Shown one piece after another: positions 23,177 to 34,700 of a stretch of DNA of 55,285 bases. Made by a program: the position numbers and the translations under genes. The DNA comes from Nemertoderma westbladi (Eukaryota > Animalia > Xenacoelomorpha): assembly GCA_032718475.1 (NCBI GenBank), contig JAUCBJ010000408.1:1-55285 (forward strand), in the 5' to 3' direction. Numbering within the stretch: position 1 is the first letter of the stretch; every line of letters begins with the position of its first letter. The notes beneath the pieces were generated by a model, which worked only from the letters and a program-made list of their open reading frames with translations, did not search any database and was not told where the DNA came from.

Positions 23177-24689
23177 TAATGTATCCTAGTAGATTATTAT
23201 TAATTATTAATGAGATAAATACATAATTTTTAATAATATATACAATTTAATGTTTAACCGATGTAATGTTAATTACTGTCTTAAATACTTTATTACTTAT
23301 ACAAAGTAAATGCAGTAGTGCCTATTTTGCGGAACCACCACTGCACTGACTCGCGATGGGCGTTTACAGCGTTCAAACTGGAACGTCATGAATGAATTCA
23401 ACCCATAATGTTAAGTTACAGAAAGGAATATAAAGAAAACAACAACTGATATTGGAAGCAATCATGCGTGTAAGCAAACTGTATGCAGCGTAAACTCGAT
23501 AGGTTGTAGGCCTAGTTGCCGCCATCCATAAAATTGGACAACCGAACTCTTGGGATTTGTTCCTGGGTGGGTTACATATATAAACCACATCTAATTACCA
23601 CTACAGTATAGTATAAATGATGTACAGGACTGTTGCATTAATTATACTGTAGTGGTAATTTGCCTTCTTTTCGATAAATAACAGACTTCGTAGCTCGTAC
23701 AGTAGAGAAACACAATTTATACAAAATAACAGATAACTCAATACATGAGGGCAGAGAATCGAAATATCGGCAGCTGAAATTAGTCTGAAGGAGTCAAGAT
23801 GATCTCTCGGGTTATTGTTTAGAAACACAGGGGGGGGGGGGGGGGGGGGGGGGGAATCCACCCGACCTGTTTTCCGCGACTAATGGTCGCACCCAGTCGG
23901 TAAGTGCGGCCTATCAATCGTTTAGGGCAATACGATTGGCTTAATGCTTAATGTACAGTAAGTTACGAGTATAGACCTGATTGACATGTGTGAGTTGTAG
24001 GTTATGTGAAATGCCGGTAGGTTATGTGTAATATTATTTTATAAATTTTTTTAACCAGTAAACATAATTACTTGTTAGTTTCTCTTTTTTATCTATTCAA
24101 TTTATACGCAGTTTATGTAAGTACATTTTTATCTATTCAAATTATACACAGTTTATGTACGTACATTATTGCCAATTATATAGGCCTAACATGGTCTTTC
24201 AACTACAGTATATACGACATCAATCAAAATTAAAGAGACGTGACTTTCTAACTAAAACAATAAGAGATATCTTTAGGAATTTTTGGAAAAGATCAGGTTA
24301 CAGAAGCAGTATTTTCTAACCAAAACAATAAACGAAAACAAATAGAACAGGTTATTATTGAGATAAACGAATGACTGAACGAACTTCTTACCGATAATAC
24401 AAGAGGAGGGTTGATGAAAGGAGATGGCGGGGGGGTGGGGGGGGGGGGGGGGGTAGCTTTGACTTTGATGCTATTCACAATATTGCGTATTTGCCTATTT
24501 ACTGCCACAACAGTCTGCGCTGCATTGCGAGTGTAGTTTATATTTACAGTAGTTATACTGTATTGTAACATAGTTTATAGTAGGAGATTACAGGATTATG
24601 GTATGTAGTATTTGTTCTGGGGTAAAACGTGTTACTCGCCCGTCGCCCGGGAATTGATGTCTCAAAAATCATAATACAGTACATTTCAG

Positions 24690-25632
24690 ATGACAACAAC
24701 CCCAAACCATCAAACTCGAAGACTTCTTTGTAAACTGTACGATAGCAGCTTACGTCCATCTACTACTAAGAAGAAATATGCCAATTGGTGGAAACAATAT
24801 GTTGGGTGGTGTGAAATTTCCCGCCTAGTGCCCGGCCCTGTGACTTTAGATAAGTTAGAGGGTTTTGTGGTCTATGCTTGGTGTCATTCGTTTAGTCCCA
24901 ACACAGTTCAATGCATGTTGAGAATGTATAAAGTATAAAGAATGAAACAAGGATTCGGAACGTAGCAATCGATTGTGATGACTCACGATTATCCCAGCTG
25001 TTACGTGGATATAGGAATAGTTCTGTTTCGGTTGTACAACGAGCTACACCTATAAGACGGCAAGACTTATGTGTTTTCGTTTCTAAGTATGAACGAAACT
25101 TTGGAAGAGTTTCAACATGGAATTTTCGGTGCTTTATGGCTTGTTTGTATTTTGGATTCTTTTCGGCGTTACGAATTTCGGAATTACTCGCTCTGAAGAG
25201 GTATAATGTTGAATTCCATCAAGACCATTTGACCTTAATGGTTCTCGCTACTAAAACCACTGCGGTACCACAGTCATGTCCTGTGGCCAAGACTGTTGGC
25301 TTAATCTGCCCATATACTGCTTTGTTACGTTACATTCATTGCCGAGACCGTGTTGCTCATGCAGATGCATTCCTCTTTCTGTTTGATGATGGTTCGAGGA
25401 TGACAGCTTCTTAATTTAATAGCATGCTGCGGAAATGCTATGGCAAAACGTATAGCAGTCATACAGTAGCATGCGTGCTGGATTGGCCAAAGAAGCCGCC
25501 AAGTGTGGCATTGCAGCAGGTGTTATCAAGAAAATGGGGCGTTGGAGCAGTGATTGCTACCTCATATATGTGCGCCCTCATCACGAGGATATTATCGCAG
25601 CTCAGCAGAAAATTGCTACGTTTAATGTTTGA
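24690..25632 (+). pseudogene. Tyrosine recombinase of a DIRS/Ngaro-like retroelement, with stops and frameshifts
   Basis: FFSALRISEL (catalytic R), KT, and YSSH.. followed in a shifted frame by RAGLAKEAAKCG...MGRWSSDCYLIYVR (H-xx-R, W, Y). Confidence 0.85.
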
Positions 25633-25836
25633 ATAAACTGTGTTCTAAACGAAATTAATCTGTTAACGCTTATTTGATAATTAATGGTTGTAACATGAAC
25701 AATAAATTTTAAAAGATTTAAACTATTGCATATTTAATCGGTAATCATATCATATATACTGTATATATATTATGTGCATGATAAGTAATATATTTGAAAT
25801 AAAATAACACACAGGACCGGTATAGTGGTTTACGAC

Positions 25837-26796
25837 TTATATACTACCTGCATTCAAGTGATAAGCATCTTGAATAGTTTGAGAAATGGTGTCCCATGTC
25901 TCTAATACATTTACTGGGTTATTTTCTGAATGTGGGAATTCCTGAAGAAATCGTTCTATTTGAAGCCGACTGAGCATATCTGCGGCTATATTATCGTTAG
26001 TCCGTACATAGTTTGTGTATACCATTAACCCATGTTTTGTACATACTGCATAGAGTTGGCGTATCATCGCCATTGTTCGTTTATTATTTGAGCTGCCTTT
26101 TTCTAAGGCGGCGATATTGCACAAGTTGTCCGTGTGAATGAGCAGACGTTTCCCAGAATATTTGTGTCCGAACAGTAGTACTGCCATAATTACACCTTTA
26201 ACTTGAATGTCATCTTTATAATCTACTAACCAATTTGGGAAGCTCATCGCAAACCATTGATTGTCGCGGACTACTCCAATAGCAAACAATGTTGCATCTG
26301 TATAAAGACTGTGTTCACTAGGTAGTATTATCTTGGGAAGTTGGAGCGGTGCTCCCCCAGCAGACAATGTGTTTAAAGCAATTTCCCCCAAATTTGAGAT
26401 CGTCGTTTATATCTGATGTCTTTTTTAATTCACTATATTTAAGAGGAATAGATATTGGGTCTAATAATCGACGCAAGAATATTCAGCTCGCCCATATTGC
26501 CTTAGCAATGAATGATAGGCGACCTATCAAGGACTGCACGTCTCTTTTTTGTAGTGTGCTACCTACTTCGACCGCTTTGAGTTTTCTTATTTCTTCAAGA
26601 TTTGCAGTTGAGTGTTTTCGAAAATGTATGGTCGGTTTTCAAAGGGACCGGAGAGGTAACCGTTTAGAATTTCCTGCACTAGAATGTCATCGACAGCTTG
26701 TGAGTTTTCGATTGCACTTCGGTTATTTTTTCGCTCTATTCTTGTATTTCTTGGTCCTTGATAACCGATGGATACTCCATTTTTGAGATCAGATAA
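25837..26796 (-). pseudogene. DIRS/Ngaro-like pol remnant: RT N-terminus and connection region plus RNase H; RT core apparently deleted
   Basis: RNase H YTDAT...IHTDN...NIAADMLSR (25837-26391). Upstream, QSLIGRLSFI..IFLRRL and NGVSIGYQGP..NRSA..GYLSGPF. No YxDD seen. Confidence 0.8.
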
Positions 26797-27334
26797 TGTG
26801 ACGGGATCCAGGAGGGATCCCGATTTATCCGGTGTGGTATTTAGTCCACGCGTCCCCGCCGTGTATAAGAGTGAAATAAAGATAACTGAGTTCTGAAGTT
26901 CGGTGTATAATAAGAGGTTATAAGATATAGATATATTGTGAATGTGTACAAGGTGGGATACGGTAACTAAAGTCCCGTGATCCCCTAACTAAACTAATTG
27001 GCTGTACCCTACGCTAGCACTGCTGCACTGAGATAACTGAATCACTGATTAATAGGTTATTGGTTATATTGCACGGTGGCCTTACTGCTACTCAATCGAT
27101 GCCATTCCCCCCTCTGATTGGTTAATACCCTTGTTGGCGCCCCGTGGAGTATTCCCGTTCACTCCACCTGTTCTCTCTGGGTTAGGGGTTTGGCCCCTGA
27201 CCCTCCATTGTGTGCTTCCTTCCCACTCTCATTGGGATTGGCACGAGTTGGTTAATTGCCCAATCTCGTGGCTCCCAATATTGCTTATCGGCTAATAACT
27301 TTATGGGGTGTTGGCGGGATTGAATAAGCTAACA
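26797..27334 (-). repeat. 3' LTR of the BEL/Pao element
   Basis: Matches 40481-41018; I found one substitution by eye (T26954 vs C40638). The adjacent ctccccccc (27335-27343) is the PPT on the minus strand. Confidence 0.96.
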
Positions 27335-28044
27335 CTCCCCCCCATGCTATCTTCCCGGTAAGAAGATAGCATCAACCAAAAAAAGTGCGCTACAATCCCG
27401 CTGGATCCCGATCTAGTATCGGGTGTGGGGTGGAATTCTTTTCTCTTGGAGCCGGCTTTCCAGGCCGCCCCCTATGGGTATGATAACGCTACCCTGTGTG
27501 CCTGGCGTCTCATGTCGGGCCGATCGCGCTCACCTCTTCACGCGATTTTTGTTTCCCCAACACTTTCGCCCTACCTCCCCTCTACTCTCACCCTAACTCT
27601 CTCATACCCCCGGACCTCCTCGTCCCTCACTCAGCCTCTTATTCTCCCCCCCCCACACTAGAATTGCGCTCGCACTCTCTCCGCACTTCACACTCTTATT
27701 CCGATTCTCAACTCCACTTTGACTGTTTTATCTCTCCTGACGAACCTCCCCCCCCCCTCTCGTGCCGCCGCACTCAAGAAGTGTGAAATTGTCAGTTGTC
27801 TCGTCCATAGTGCCATAGTCAATTGTCCCCCAGTCCCAGTAGCTAATTGAGAAAGGTTGTATGACTATAGTACTTACTCCAAACGTATGTATTTTACTGC
27901 TAATCGTATATACGTACATACAAATTGCACTTATATAGTTATTTGCATTAATTAAATTTATACTTAATAGTTCGTACGTTACATGCGGCGCCTTCCAGGC
28001 GCACCACTTCCCAGTCTCAGTCTCATTCCCTCGCCTCCGGGAAC

Positions 28045-28941
28045 TTATCTGTACCTCCTCACGTCCTCCTCCCTGGCCCGTTTCTTGGTTATCACCGCTC
28101 CTCTGGCATCATCCGCTTTCTGCTTCCGGACCTTTGCCGCCACTTCCTTGCTGATCCCGGTCGTCGGCTCCCTGGGCGTTGGTGTTATTAAAGCCCGATA
28201 CCGCTTCGCCGGTGGCCCCTCAGAATGGCCTGGTTGTTTCCCTCGTGTGGCGTCCCATAGGATCATCTTCATTGCCTTTGGTACGTGTTCCGCCAAGAAA
28301 TCCCTAAACTCCCTCCGGTTCTCTGGTGTCCACCTGTCCAGGTACCGTTGCGTGTTCATAACTCCGGCGAACGATGCCGCCGTAGCTACCTCTTGATAGG
28401 TAAACGGTAACCTTCGCTTTATGATTTCCATGTGGGTCTCCTGGTTTATGAGGAAGAAACCCCACTTGAACTCTTGGGCCTTCATGCGCTGGCGCGTCAT
28501 GGCCCCGACGTCGGCCCACTCCTCGAACCTCGTGAACTTCTCCTCGTCGCTCATCCAGTCGCACTCGCGCCCGTAGTGTCCCCGAAAGTGGCACTTTGGA
28601 CATCGGTTATGCAACCGTGGACACGCCCCCATCCTGTGACTTGGTTCTCTACAATAGAGACAAAAGGTTCCCCGTTGGAACCGGTATAGGCAGCTGCTTT
28701 CCTGATGGGTCTGTCTCCCACAGTAGTCGCAGCCGAGTACCAATGTCTCGCGTCCCACCTCGTCCTTCGTCCCAAGCGATCTCCGCGGTCTATGGAGTCG
28801 CTGGTAGGCAAACTTCTCCACGTTTCTCTCCCTGTTTACGTCGATCTCTCCGCCCCTCTTGGGCATCGTCTCCCCGAATACTATCCGTGGCGCCGTCCCC
28901 GGTTGCTCGCCCAACCTGATGGTGCTCCCCGCGAAATCCAT
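28045..28941 (-). CDS. Accessory ORF with three CCHC zinc knuckles, inside the BEL element
   Basis: CDYCGRQTHQESSC, CLYCREPSHRMGAC and CPKCHFRGHYGREC all fit C-x2-C-x4-H-x4-C; basic C-terminal tail. Confidence 0.75.
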   Translation of the reverse strand: MDFAGSTIRLGEQPGTAPRIVFGETMPKRGGEIDVNRERNVEKFAYQRLHRPRRSLGTKDEVGRETLVLGCDYCGRQTHQESSCLYRFQRGTFCLYCREPSHRMGACPRLHNRCPKCHFRGHYGRECDWMSDEEKFTRFEEWADVGAMTRQRMKAQEFKWGFFLINQETHMEIIKRRLPFTYQEVATAASFAGVMNTQRYLDRWTPENRREFRDFLAEHVPKAMKMILWDATRGKQPGHSEGPPAKRYRALITPTPREPTTGISKEVAAKVRKQKADDARGAVITKKRAREEDVRRYR

Positions 28942-28950
28942 CGCCGGCCC

Positions 28951-30579
28951 CTAGTGCACCCAGGTCCGCTTGCCGGATCTGTTCCAGAAGGCCCTCGCCC
29001 CACTGGCCGTCACCACCCTTCCGCCAACCCAGTCCGTGTCCGAGTGGCCTATCCTCTCGATGGGCGGCATCTCTCCGAACTCGTCGTCGTCGTCCTCCTC
29101 TTCCGGTAGTGTCTCCAATCCCGGTATCCCGATGGATCCACTATGTCCCTTCCCGCCTTGGCTCTCGCCCGTAGCTCTCCATCCCTCCAGCTCCCTTAGC
29201 TTCCTTGGCGGTTGGTCGCCCTCGGCGCCCGCTGGTATGGGTATCGTGTGCAACCCCGACGTCGACTGTTTCGGCGATCCCACCGTCCATCCCAATTCTC
29301 GCCCTAGAGACTCCCCCGAACTCCCTGACGAAGTCCAATGAAGTTCGTCTAGGCCCGCCTGTTCCTCGAAGCCGTAACTCTGTGCCCTGGCCTCCTCTTC
29401 CCTCTCCTCTGCTTCTATCCTCTCCCGTCTAGCGACTTCTTCCAGTCGCTTTGCTTCCCGTCTATCCATCTCTAGCTGCTCCCATCTCTGATACGGTGTA
29501 TCCGTCTCCCCATCTACCAGATGTCGGCTGTTGTAGTACACCGACTCGCCCTTCAGCCCCGGGTGGTCTACCAGACCGTCAAAGGCCGTCTTAAAGGCTC
29601 TCCTGTAGCTTAGGGGTGATCCCGATAACAGAAATGCCCCTGGTTCTCTTTCGATAACTACAGTCATGAATAAGTTAAGTAAACTTATCATCATCCAGTC
29701 CTCCTGCAGGATATATCGCTTCTGATATACCTTTATCGCTCCTCTGCGAAACTGATATACCTCCTGCTTTCCCGGTCTCGCTCCCCACTTCAGCGAGTTT
29801 GCTAGTTCTGCTCCGTATTCTTCCCTAAACTTTCCCCAATCCATTGGTTTGTGGCATACGAGCCCCAATAATTGGCCCATCGCCACCGCCCCGCATTGGC
29901 CTGAGTTCTCGACCACCCCCAATCCATCCGGTGCCGTCATAGCCATAAAGACTTTCTGCATATCCAGGAGGTTGGTGGCGTCTGGACCGATGATCCTCTC
30001 CGCGTCCTCGCGAATCGCCGATCCCACTTTCGTCGTCAGATTCTCTCTTACTAAGACTTGTACCGCTTTCGGTAGTCGGTCTAATTTCGGCCCGTCCTTC
30101 TTCCCATACGTCCCTAGGTCGAATAAGAAGATGTCCCCATTTGGCGCTGCCAAATGCAAGAGTATGGTCCTGGCTGACCCTGCCGTTCCTCGTCTCGAAC
30201 CCGCTTCGTCTTCCACGGTTCCCTCGTCATCTAGGATCATATATCCTCCTCTGTTGACGGACTCTATGAATCTTTTCCAGTCCTTCCTCGGCGATTCCCT
30301 CGGATACTTCGGAATCCCGAACTTCGCCTCGTCTCCTTTCACCACGTAGTGGAAGTGTTGGAAGATCGCGTTGTCCAGCGACGGCGTCCCGTAGGTCCCG
30401 ACCAACCGCTGTTCGTGCGCCTCCCGGAAGTGATCCTGCAGCGCTCGTGCCGCGTGACCCCTTTCCAACCTCTCGTAGTATCCTCTCGTCTTCTCCTCCG
30501 GGTGTCTTTCGGTGAAATCCACCAATATTTCTTTTCCTCCTGACTCCGCCTTTCTCTTCCTGATCAGCTTACTCGCCAT
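28951..30579 (-). CDS. Accessory ORF, putative DEDDy 3'-5' exonuclease (WRN/EXD2/Mut-7-like fold)
   Basis: ExoI ILDDEG, then ILLHLAAPNGDIFLFDL and LPKAVQVLV, ExoII TKVGSAIREDAERI, NLLDMQ, and ExoIII-like YQKRYILQED. First ATG at 30579 in a ggaATGg context. Confidence 0.68.
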   Translation of the reverse strand: MASKLIRKRKAESGGKEILVDFTERHPEEKTRGYYERLERGHAARALQDHFREAHEQRLVGTYGTPSLDNAIFQHFHYVVKGDEAKFGIPKYPRESPRKDWKRFIESVNRGGYMILDDEGTVEDEAGSRRGTAGSARTILLHLAAPNGDIFLFDLGTYGKKDGPKLDRLPKAVQVLVRENLTTKVGSAIREDAERIIGPDATNLLDMQKVFMAMTAPDGLGVVENSGQCGAVAMGQLLGLVCHKPMDWGKFREEYGAELANSLKWGARPGKQEVYQFRRGAIKVYQKRYILQEDWMMISLLNLFMTVVIEREPGAFLLSGSPLSYRRAFKTAFDGLVDHPGLKGESVYYNSRHLVDGETDTPYQRWEQLEMDRREAKRLEEVARRERIEAEEREEEARAQSYGFEEQAGLDELHWTSSGSSGESLGRELGWTVGSPKQSTSGLHTIPIPAGAEGDQPPRKLRELEGWRATGESQGGKGHSGSIGIPGLETLPEEEDDDDEFGEMPPIERIGHSDTDWVGGRVVTASGARAFWNRSGKRTWVH

Positions 30580-31079
30580 TCCGAACACTACACTCGCTCA
30601 CCTGCAGGGTGGTGCCTTACCAAGGCGCAATACAGATGAGTGATGTATTAAGATGTTTCGTACAGTTCGATAATGGCCTACTTTTCTACTTAACTGCGCC
30701 TTTCAAGCTTAATTTAATCTAATTAATTTCGGAGCTAGTAAATCAGCCTAATTTACAATTTCCGTCCGTTACTTTTATTATGTTCTAGAACGACTTTCCT
30801 TGTGTTACCACTATTTTCCGATTTTAGCCCTATTCTATTTATTTATTTATTTTGCTTTGATTCTACTGTCCTACTACTTACTACTGCCTATGGATTTATT
30901 CTATTCTCTGATCCATATTCTGGCCTACTCAGTGGGCCTATGCAGTACAGCAGTATGCGTCGTGTGGCCACACGATTTATCCAGCTGTACTCATATGCCC
31001 CCCTCTCGCTACTAACTCTACTTACTACTAACTAATATCTATATCCTATTTACCCCTTTTGCCTCTTACTCTCTCTCTC

Positions 31080-31640
31080 TAACTAATGGTACTACGTACC
31101 CTCTAACTCTAACTCTAACTAGGTACTACGTACCTACTAACTCTAACTCTATCGGTACTACCTACCCTCTAACTCTAACTCTAACTAGGCATTACGTACC
31201 CTCTAACTCTAACTCTAACTAGGTACTACGTACCTACTAACTCTCTAACTATCGGTACTACGTACCCTCTAACTCTAACTCTAACTAGGTACCACGTACC
31301 TACTAACTCTAACTCTATCAGTACTACCTACCCACTAACTCTAACTCTAACTAGGCATTACGTACCCTCTAACTCTAACTCTAACTCTAGGTACTACGTA
31401 CCTACTAACTAACTAACTCTAGGTACTACGTACCTACTAACTCTCTAACTTTAGGTACTACGTACCTACTAACTAACTAACTCTAGGTACTACGTACCTA
31501 CTAACTAACTAACTCTAGGTACTACGTACCTACTAACTCTCTAACTTTAGGTACTACGTACCTACTAACTAACTAACTCTAGGTACTACGTACCTACTAA
31601 CTAACTAACTCTAGGTACTACGTACCTACTAACTCTCTAA
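31080..31640. repeat. Internal tandem array of the BEL element, ~17 units of ~32-33 bp with a palindromic core
   Basis: Core AGGTAC-TAC-GTACCT (with variants) separated by (aactct)/(aact) repeats. Confidence 0.9.
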
Positions 31641-31749
31641 CATTATTTTTATTTTATTTTATTTTATTTGTGTGGGAAGGGCGTCTCGCCCTCAATCCCA
31701 CCCCCCTCAGTCCAAAACTTGGACGACTAAACTCCACTCTAACTCCAAT

Positions 31750-34700
31750 TTAAGGTGCCCCTTCTAGAAGACAGCACTTACCTACCGCTCTCCTGTAGGT
31801 TTTTCTGTCCTTCGCACCTATCTTTCCACCTATCCGCACTTCTACCGATCGGACTCTTCCGTCCTCGTCGGAGTAGGTGCCTACAACTCTCGCCAACCGC
31901 CACTGGTTGTTGATGATAGTATCATCCGTGACGATTACGAGATCTCCCTCTTTCAACTCCCTGTTTGGCTTCCTCCACTTGCTTCGCTTATGGAGTGTGG
32001 GTAGGTATTCTTCTACCCACCTCCTCCAATACTCTGCGCTAATCGCTTTAGCTACTTTCCAACTTTGGCGGGAGTGTATATCATCTGGGTCTACACCCCG
32101 CATATCGATGGTAGCTGGCCTTTCCATCAGGAAATGGCTAGGCGTCAACACGTCTAATGACTCAGGGTCATCATTCTCCGGGTATAGCGGTCTGCTATTA
32201 ATGATCCCCTCGCACTTCGCAAGTACTGTCCGTAAGACGTCTTCAGTGACCATGTGGGTGTTCATCAGCTTCGTCATTAGACGTTTTGAACTGCCCACGA
32301 GTCTCTCGACGCATCCTAACGTATGTGGTGCATACGGCGTCCTTCTCTCCCACTTCACTTGTCGTCTTCTCATGGCCGCTCTGACTTCTTCTCCCTCCAA
32401 GATGTCTAAGGCCTCTGCCATCTCACTCTCTGCGCCCACAAAATTGGTGCCGTTGTCGCTATATATCACCGCGATCGTCCCACCTTTGCGGTCCCTAAAC
32501 CTTTCTAGGGCGTTAATGAATGCTGATGCGGTTGCATCTTGGGCGAGTTCTATCCCTACCGCCCGCGTATTGTTGCATACGAAGATAATACCGTAGCGTT
32601 TCTCCGTGTGTCGCATCACCTTGATCTTTATCGGCCCGAACATGTCCACACCGCAATGCGTAAATGGCGGGTCGTGCTGTCTTACCCTACTCGCCGGTAG
32701 TGGCGCCATCTCCTGTACGGCTCGTTCCTTCTTCGCTCGTCGGCAGGTCTGGCACTGCCCCACTACCGCTTTAACCTTCTTCCTTAGTTGTTTGACCCAA
32801 TAGGTCCTCCTTATCTCTGTGAGGGTTCGGTTGGTGCCCCCATGCAGTATCGATTTGTGGGAGTCCCATATGATCTGGTGGACTATAGGCGATCCTGTGG
32901 GAATGATGATGGGTTTCGGTGGCACGACTATACTGTTGTTATATCCCACCCTAGAATTCATTACTAGAATCCCATCCTCGTTGAGTTGTGGCGACAGCGT
33001 GATCAACTCGCTATCCCGTCGGAGGTGCTGTTGGTTACTGACGCGTTCCACCTCGTCGCCGTAGTTCTTGCGTTGTTCATAGCGGATCACTGCCTTGGCC
33101 GCTCCTTCCAGATCTATGGTTATCCTGGTCTTCTTGTCCTTGCCGACTCCCGCAAGGAAATTCCCAAAGGCTCTCCAGTACGCCACTAGTTTCTTGGTCT
33201 TATACCAACTGGAACTGTAGCTGAGGAGTCTATCCGTCGGGTTGTCGCACAGTTCCCTTCCTGGTTGCACGTCCCTAATCTCCCTCACCATCTGGGAGTA
33301 TATCTCTTCTCCCTCTGAATCTCCCTCTCCTTCTGATATTGGTTCCGAGCCCGGGTCCACCTTCCTCATCGGCGGCCAGGCCCCTCTATCGCTCAGAAAT
33401 TGTGGCCCATGCTGCCACAATACTTCCTTCTTCAGGAAAGTGTGGCGTTCCACGCCCCTCGACAGCAAGTCCGCTGGGTTCTCATCTGTTGGGCAGTAGT
33501 GCCACCTTTCCAGTTCTGTGCTCGCCCTTATTTCGTCCACTCTATTCGCGACGAATATCGGGTATCTCGTCTTTTCGTTGTGTAGCCAACCAAGCACTAC
33601 CATGGAGTCCGTCCAGTAGTGTGTCTCCACTATGTTGGGAATTGTATCCACTAGGTAGGCTGTGGCTCTAACTCCTAGTCTCGCAGCTGTCAATTCTAAC
33701 TTGGGAACAGATGCTGAATCTGGCGGCGTTGACTTAGCTTTGCTAAAGGCTAGTCTGGGCTTGTGAGGCCCCTCTCGTTGTACTAAATAGAGTGCCGCTC
33801 CGTATGCCTCTAACGACGCGTCGGAGAACATATGTAGGTCCAGATTCGTCATGTTCCCGTCCGGGAAATACACTCGCGGCATGTTGTATGTTCCCATCCT
33901 CTCCAAGTCTCCTGTCCATTTGCTCCACTGTTTCTTGATGTCTTCTGGTACCTCTACATCCCACTCATCCTTCAACTTATATACTCTCTTGAGTATCTGT
34001 TTCCCCGTGACTAGTAATGGGGATGCTAGGCCTAGGGGATCGTATATCCTTGCTATATACGATACATAACCCCTCTTCGTATGGGTATCTGCGCCCTCTT
34101 GGCTTAGCTGATACTTCAGTTCGTCTGTTCTTCTATCCCACACGATTCCCAACGCCTTCTGCTGGGATTCCGTTCTCTTAATCGCCATGTCCTGTCCTTT
34201 GGCTGTTGTAGGGTTGTCCATGGTCGATTCTGGTTTCTTGTCTTCTATTTCCCTGATAAATTCTTCTGAACTGGATTGGAATTTGGTCAGGTTGAAGCCG
34301 GATCCTTTCAGGATGTCGCGAACCTCGCGCCCTGTTTCCAGTATCTCCTCAACCGTATTTCCAGACTCCATGCCGTCGTCTACGTAGAAACCGCGTCGGA
34401 TCATATCGACGGCCCTACTGCTGTATCTATCTTCCTTCCCCTTTACCGTGTCTCTCACTGCCATAGTCGTCGTAAATGAGGACGACTTGGCCCCCATATT
34501 TTGTACTACCATCTTATACACTGGTATTACCGGCGGTTCTTCTTCGCCGTTATACCATAAGAAGCGTTGACTATCGCTATCTTCCTCTGTTACTCGGACT
34601 TGGTTGAACATGCCTTCTATGTCACACGTGAAGGCGTGTTTCCCATTCCGAAACCTAAGTAACACCTCTATGCCCGAATTGTAAATATTTGGGCCTTCCA

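Noticed and set aside
28951-30588. env gene in the BEL element
   Set aside because: No signal peptide, furin site/fusion peptide pattern or C-terminal TM anchor is evident; the motifs fit an exonuclease better.
31080-31640. CRISPR-like array (palindromic repeat with spacers) or telomeric repeat (TTAGAG-like)
   Set aside because: The spacers are near-identical low-complexity repeats, there are no cas genes, the context is eukaryotic, and the array is internal to an LTR element.
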